NCBI RefSeq assembly: GCF_000143415.4
Contig: NW_003314299.1
Location: 1,038,063 to 1,102,062, forward strand
Origin: Selaginella moellendorffii
Lineage: Eukaryota; Plantae; Lycopodiophyta
Length of the DNA: 64,000 nt
Reading direction: 5' to 3'
Shown here: piece by piece, positions 63,101 through 64,000 of the stretch
Layout of the letters: the number at the start of each line of letters is the position of its first letter
Numbering within the stretch: the first letter of the stretch is position 1
Notes under the pieces: generated by a model
Databases searched by the model: none
What the model saw: the letters and a program-made list of their open reading frames with translations, nothing else
Told to the model about the DNA's origin: nothing
Translations under genes and position numbers: made by a program

Positions 63101-64000
63101 ACCTCTACTAAATAATCTCCTCTAGAACACAACTAACTTAACTTGCCATTCAGTTCATTTGAACGTCAACATAATTGCTAACTAGCAAATGCACGAATGC
63201 TAATAACACAAAGCTATAGCCAAATCATCAACACTATCTTTATCAAAACTAATGAAACTCGATATCAATCTTGTAGAGAAACATCCCATTTCACTAAAAT
63301 TTCAATATCAACAATGTCAACGACAAGGCATCACTTCAATGCCATCAACACTAGAACAAAGCTAGAAGAAAGCAAGAGTGAATCACCACTCAAAGCTCTC
63401 TAGCAACCAAGCTAACCAAAGTCGGAGATACTTTACTTAGTATCCGAGACCAATCTCTCAACAATACTCAGTCACAGATAACACTTCCTCAAGGAGTGAA
63501 TCACCACGTCCAAGACTCCATGACATCCAACACTATGAACCAAACGCAACCAAATGATATCAACAGAGGTAGAGTCGACATGTCAACATGGAAAACCCAT
63601 ATAAGTCTAACGACACGATCCTCCGCAACACCATCCGGTAAAGCAAACCCATCACTGCTAAGTCATCATCGAGTGAAGCAAGTGTTAACGGTCCTTGAAA
63701 AAGTCTACAAGCGATCACTAGTCGCAAAGCAACCAACAATCACCTTTCAACTGGCCTTCACAAGACCCAAACACTAAACTCACGTCATCGAGTCATACAC
63801 TTGTCCAACATGAACGTGATACCTCCGGTATGAGATGAAAGTTCATAAACAAGCACAAACCAAATGACCACTCGAATCCAACTCAACTGCGATAAGCTCA
63901 CCAAGGCATTTAGCCAACAGCTCTGAGCATGCCTTGAAGAGGCTAGCTAAGCATGATCAACACTTAGTCGAAACTAAAGTGAAGACCATAAGATGGACTC
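60125..64000 (-). mobile_element. LTR retroelement: 3' LTR 60125-61260, PPT, decayed interior continuing beyond the window
   Basis: TGTAGC..GCGACA 1136 bp LTR adjacent to ctctccccccc (minus-strand PPT); no long ORF in the visible interior. Confidence 0.8.

Overview
Eukaryotic plant genomic DNA. The compact genes, 43-60 nt introns and GC-rich PLS-class PPR genes resemble the lycophyte Selaginella; this attribution is an inference. The left ~27 kb is gene-rich. It holds three BAHD-fold acyltransferase genes, all with the catalytic HxxxD changed to ExxxD, a 9-exon gamma-glutamyl hydrolase, an NPF/PTR transporter, a small secreted 8-Cys peptide, a sphingomyelin-synthase-like gene, two PPR genes, two aberrant tRNA genes and an AT-rich bulb-lectin fusion ORF. 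The BAHD-tRNA-GGH-NPF block is a tandem duplication with reciprocal decay. The right ~37 kb is nested retroelement DNA: old gypsy and copia relics, TRIMs, Cassandra-type LTRs carrying a 5S rRNA promoter segment, and one very young gypsy element. Highlights: (i) the young gypsy's integrase is split just before its catalytic Glu by a 47-nt GT-AG intron-like insert whose removal restores HPQTDGQTER; (ii) a spliced, decayed gene with a bacterial beta-class N4C/N6A DNA-methyltransferase motif layout next to tandem palindromes; (iii) the ExxxD BAHD family. Exon structures were derived by hand and no database searches were run. Assembly gaps lie at 41901-42034 and 51042-51141.
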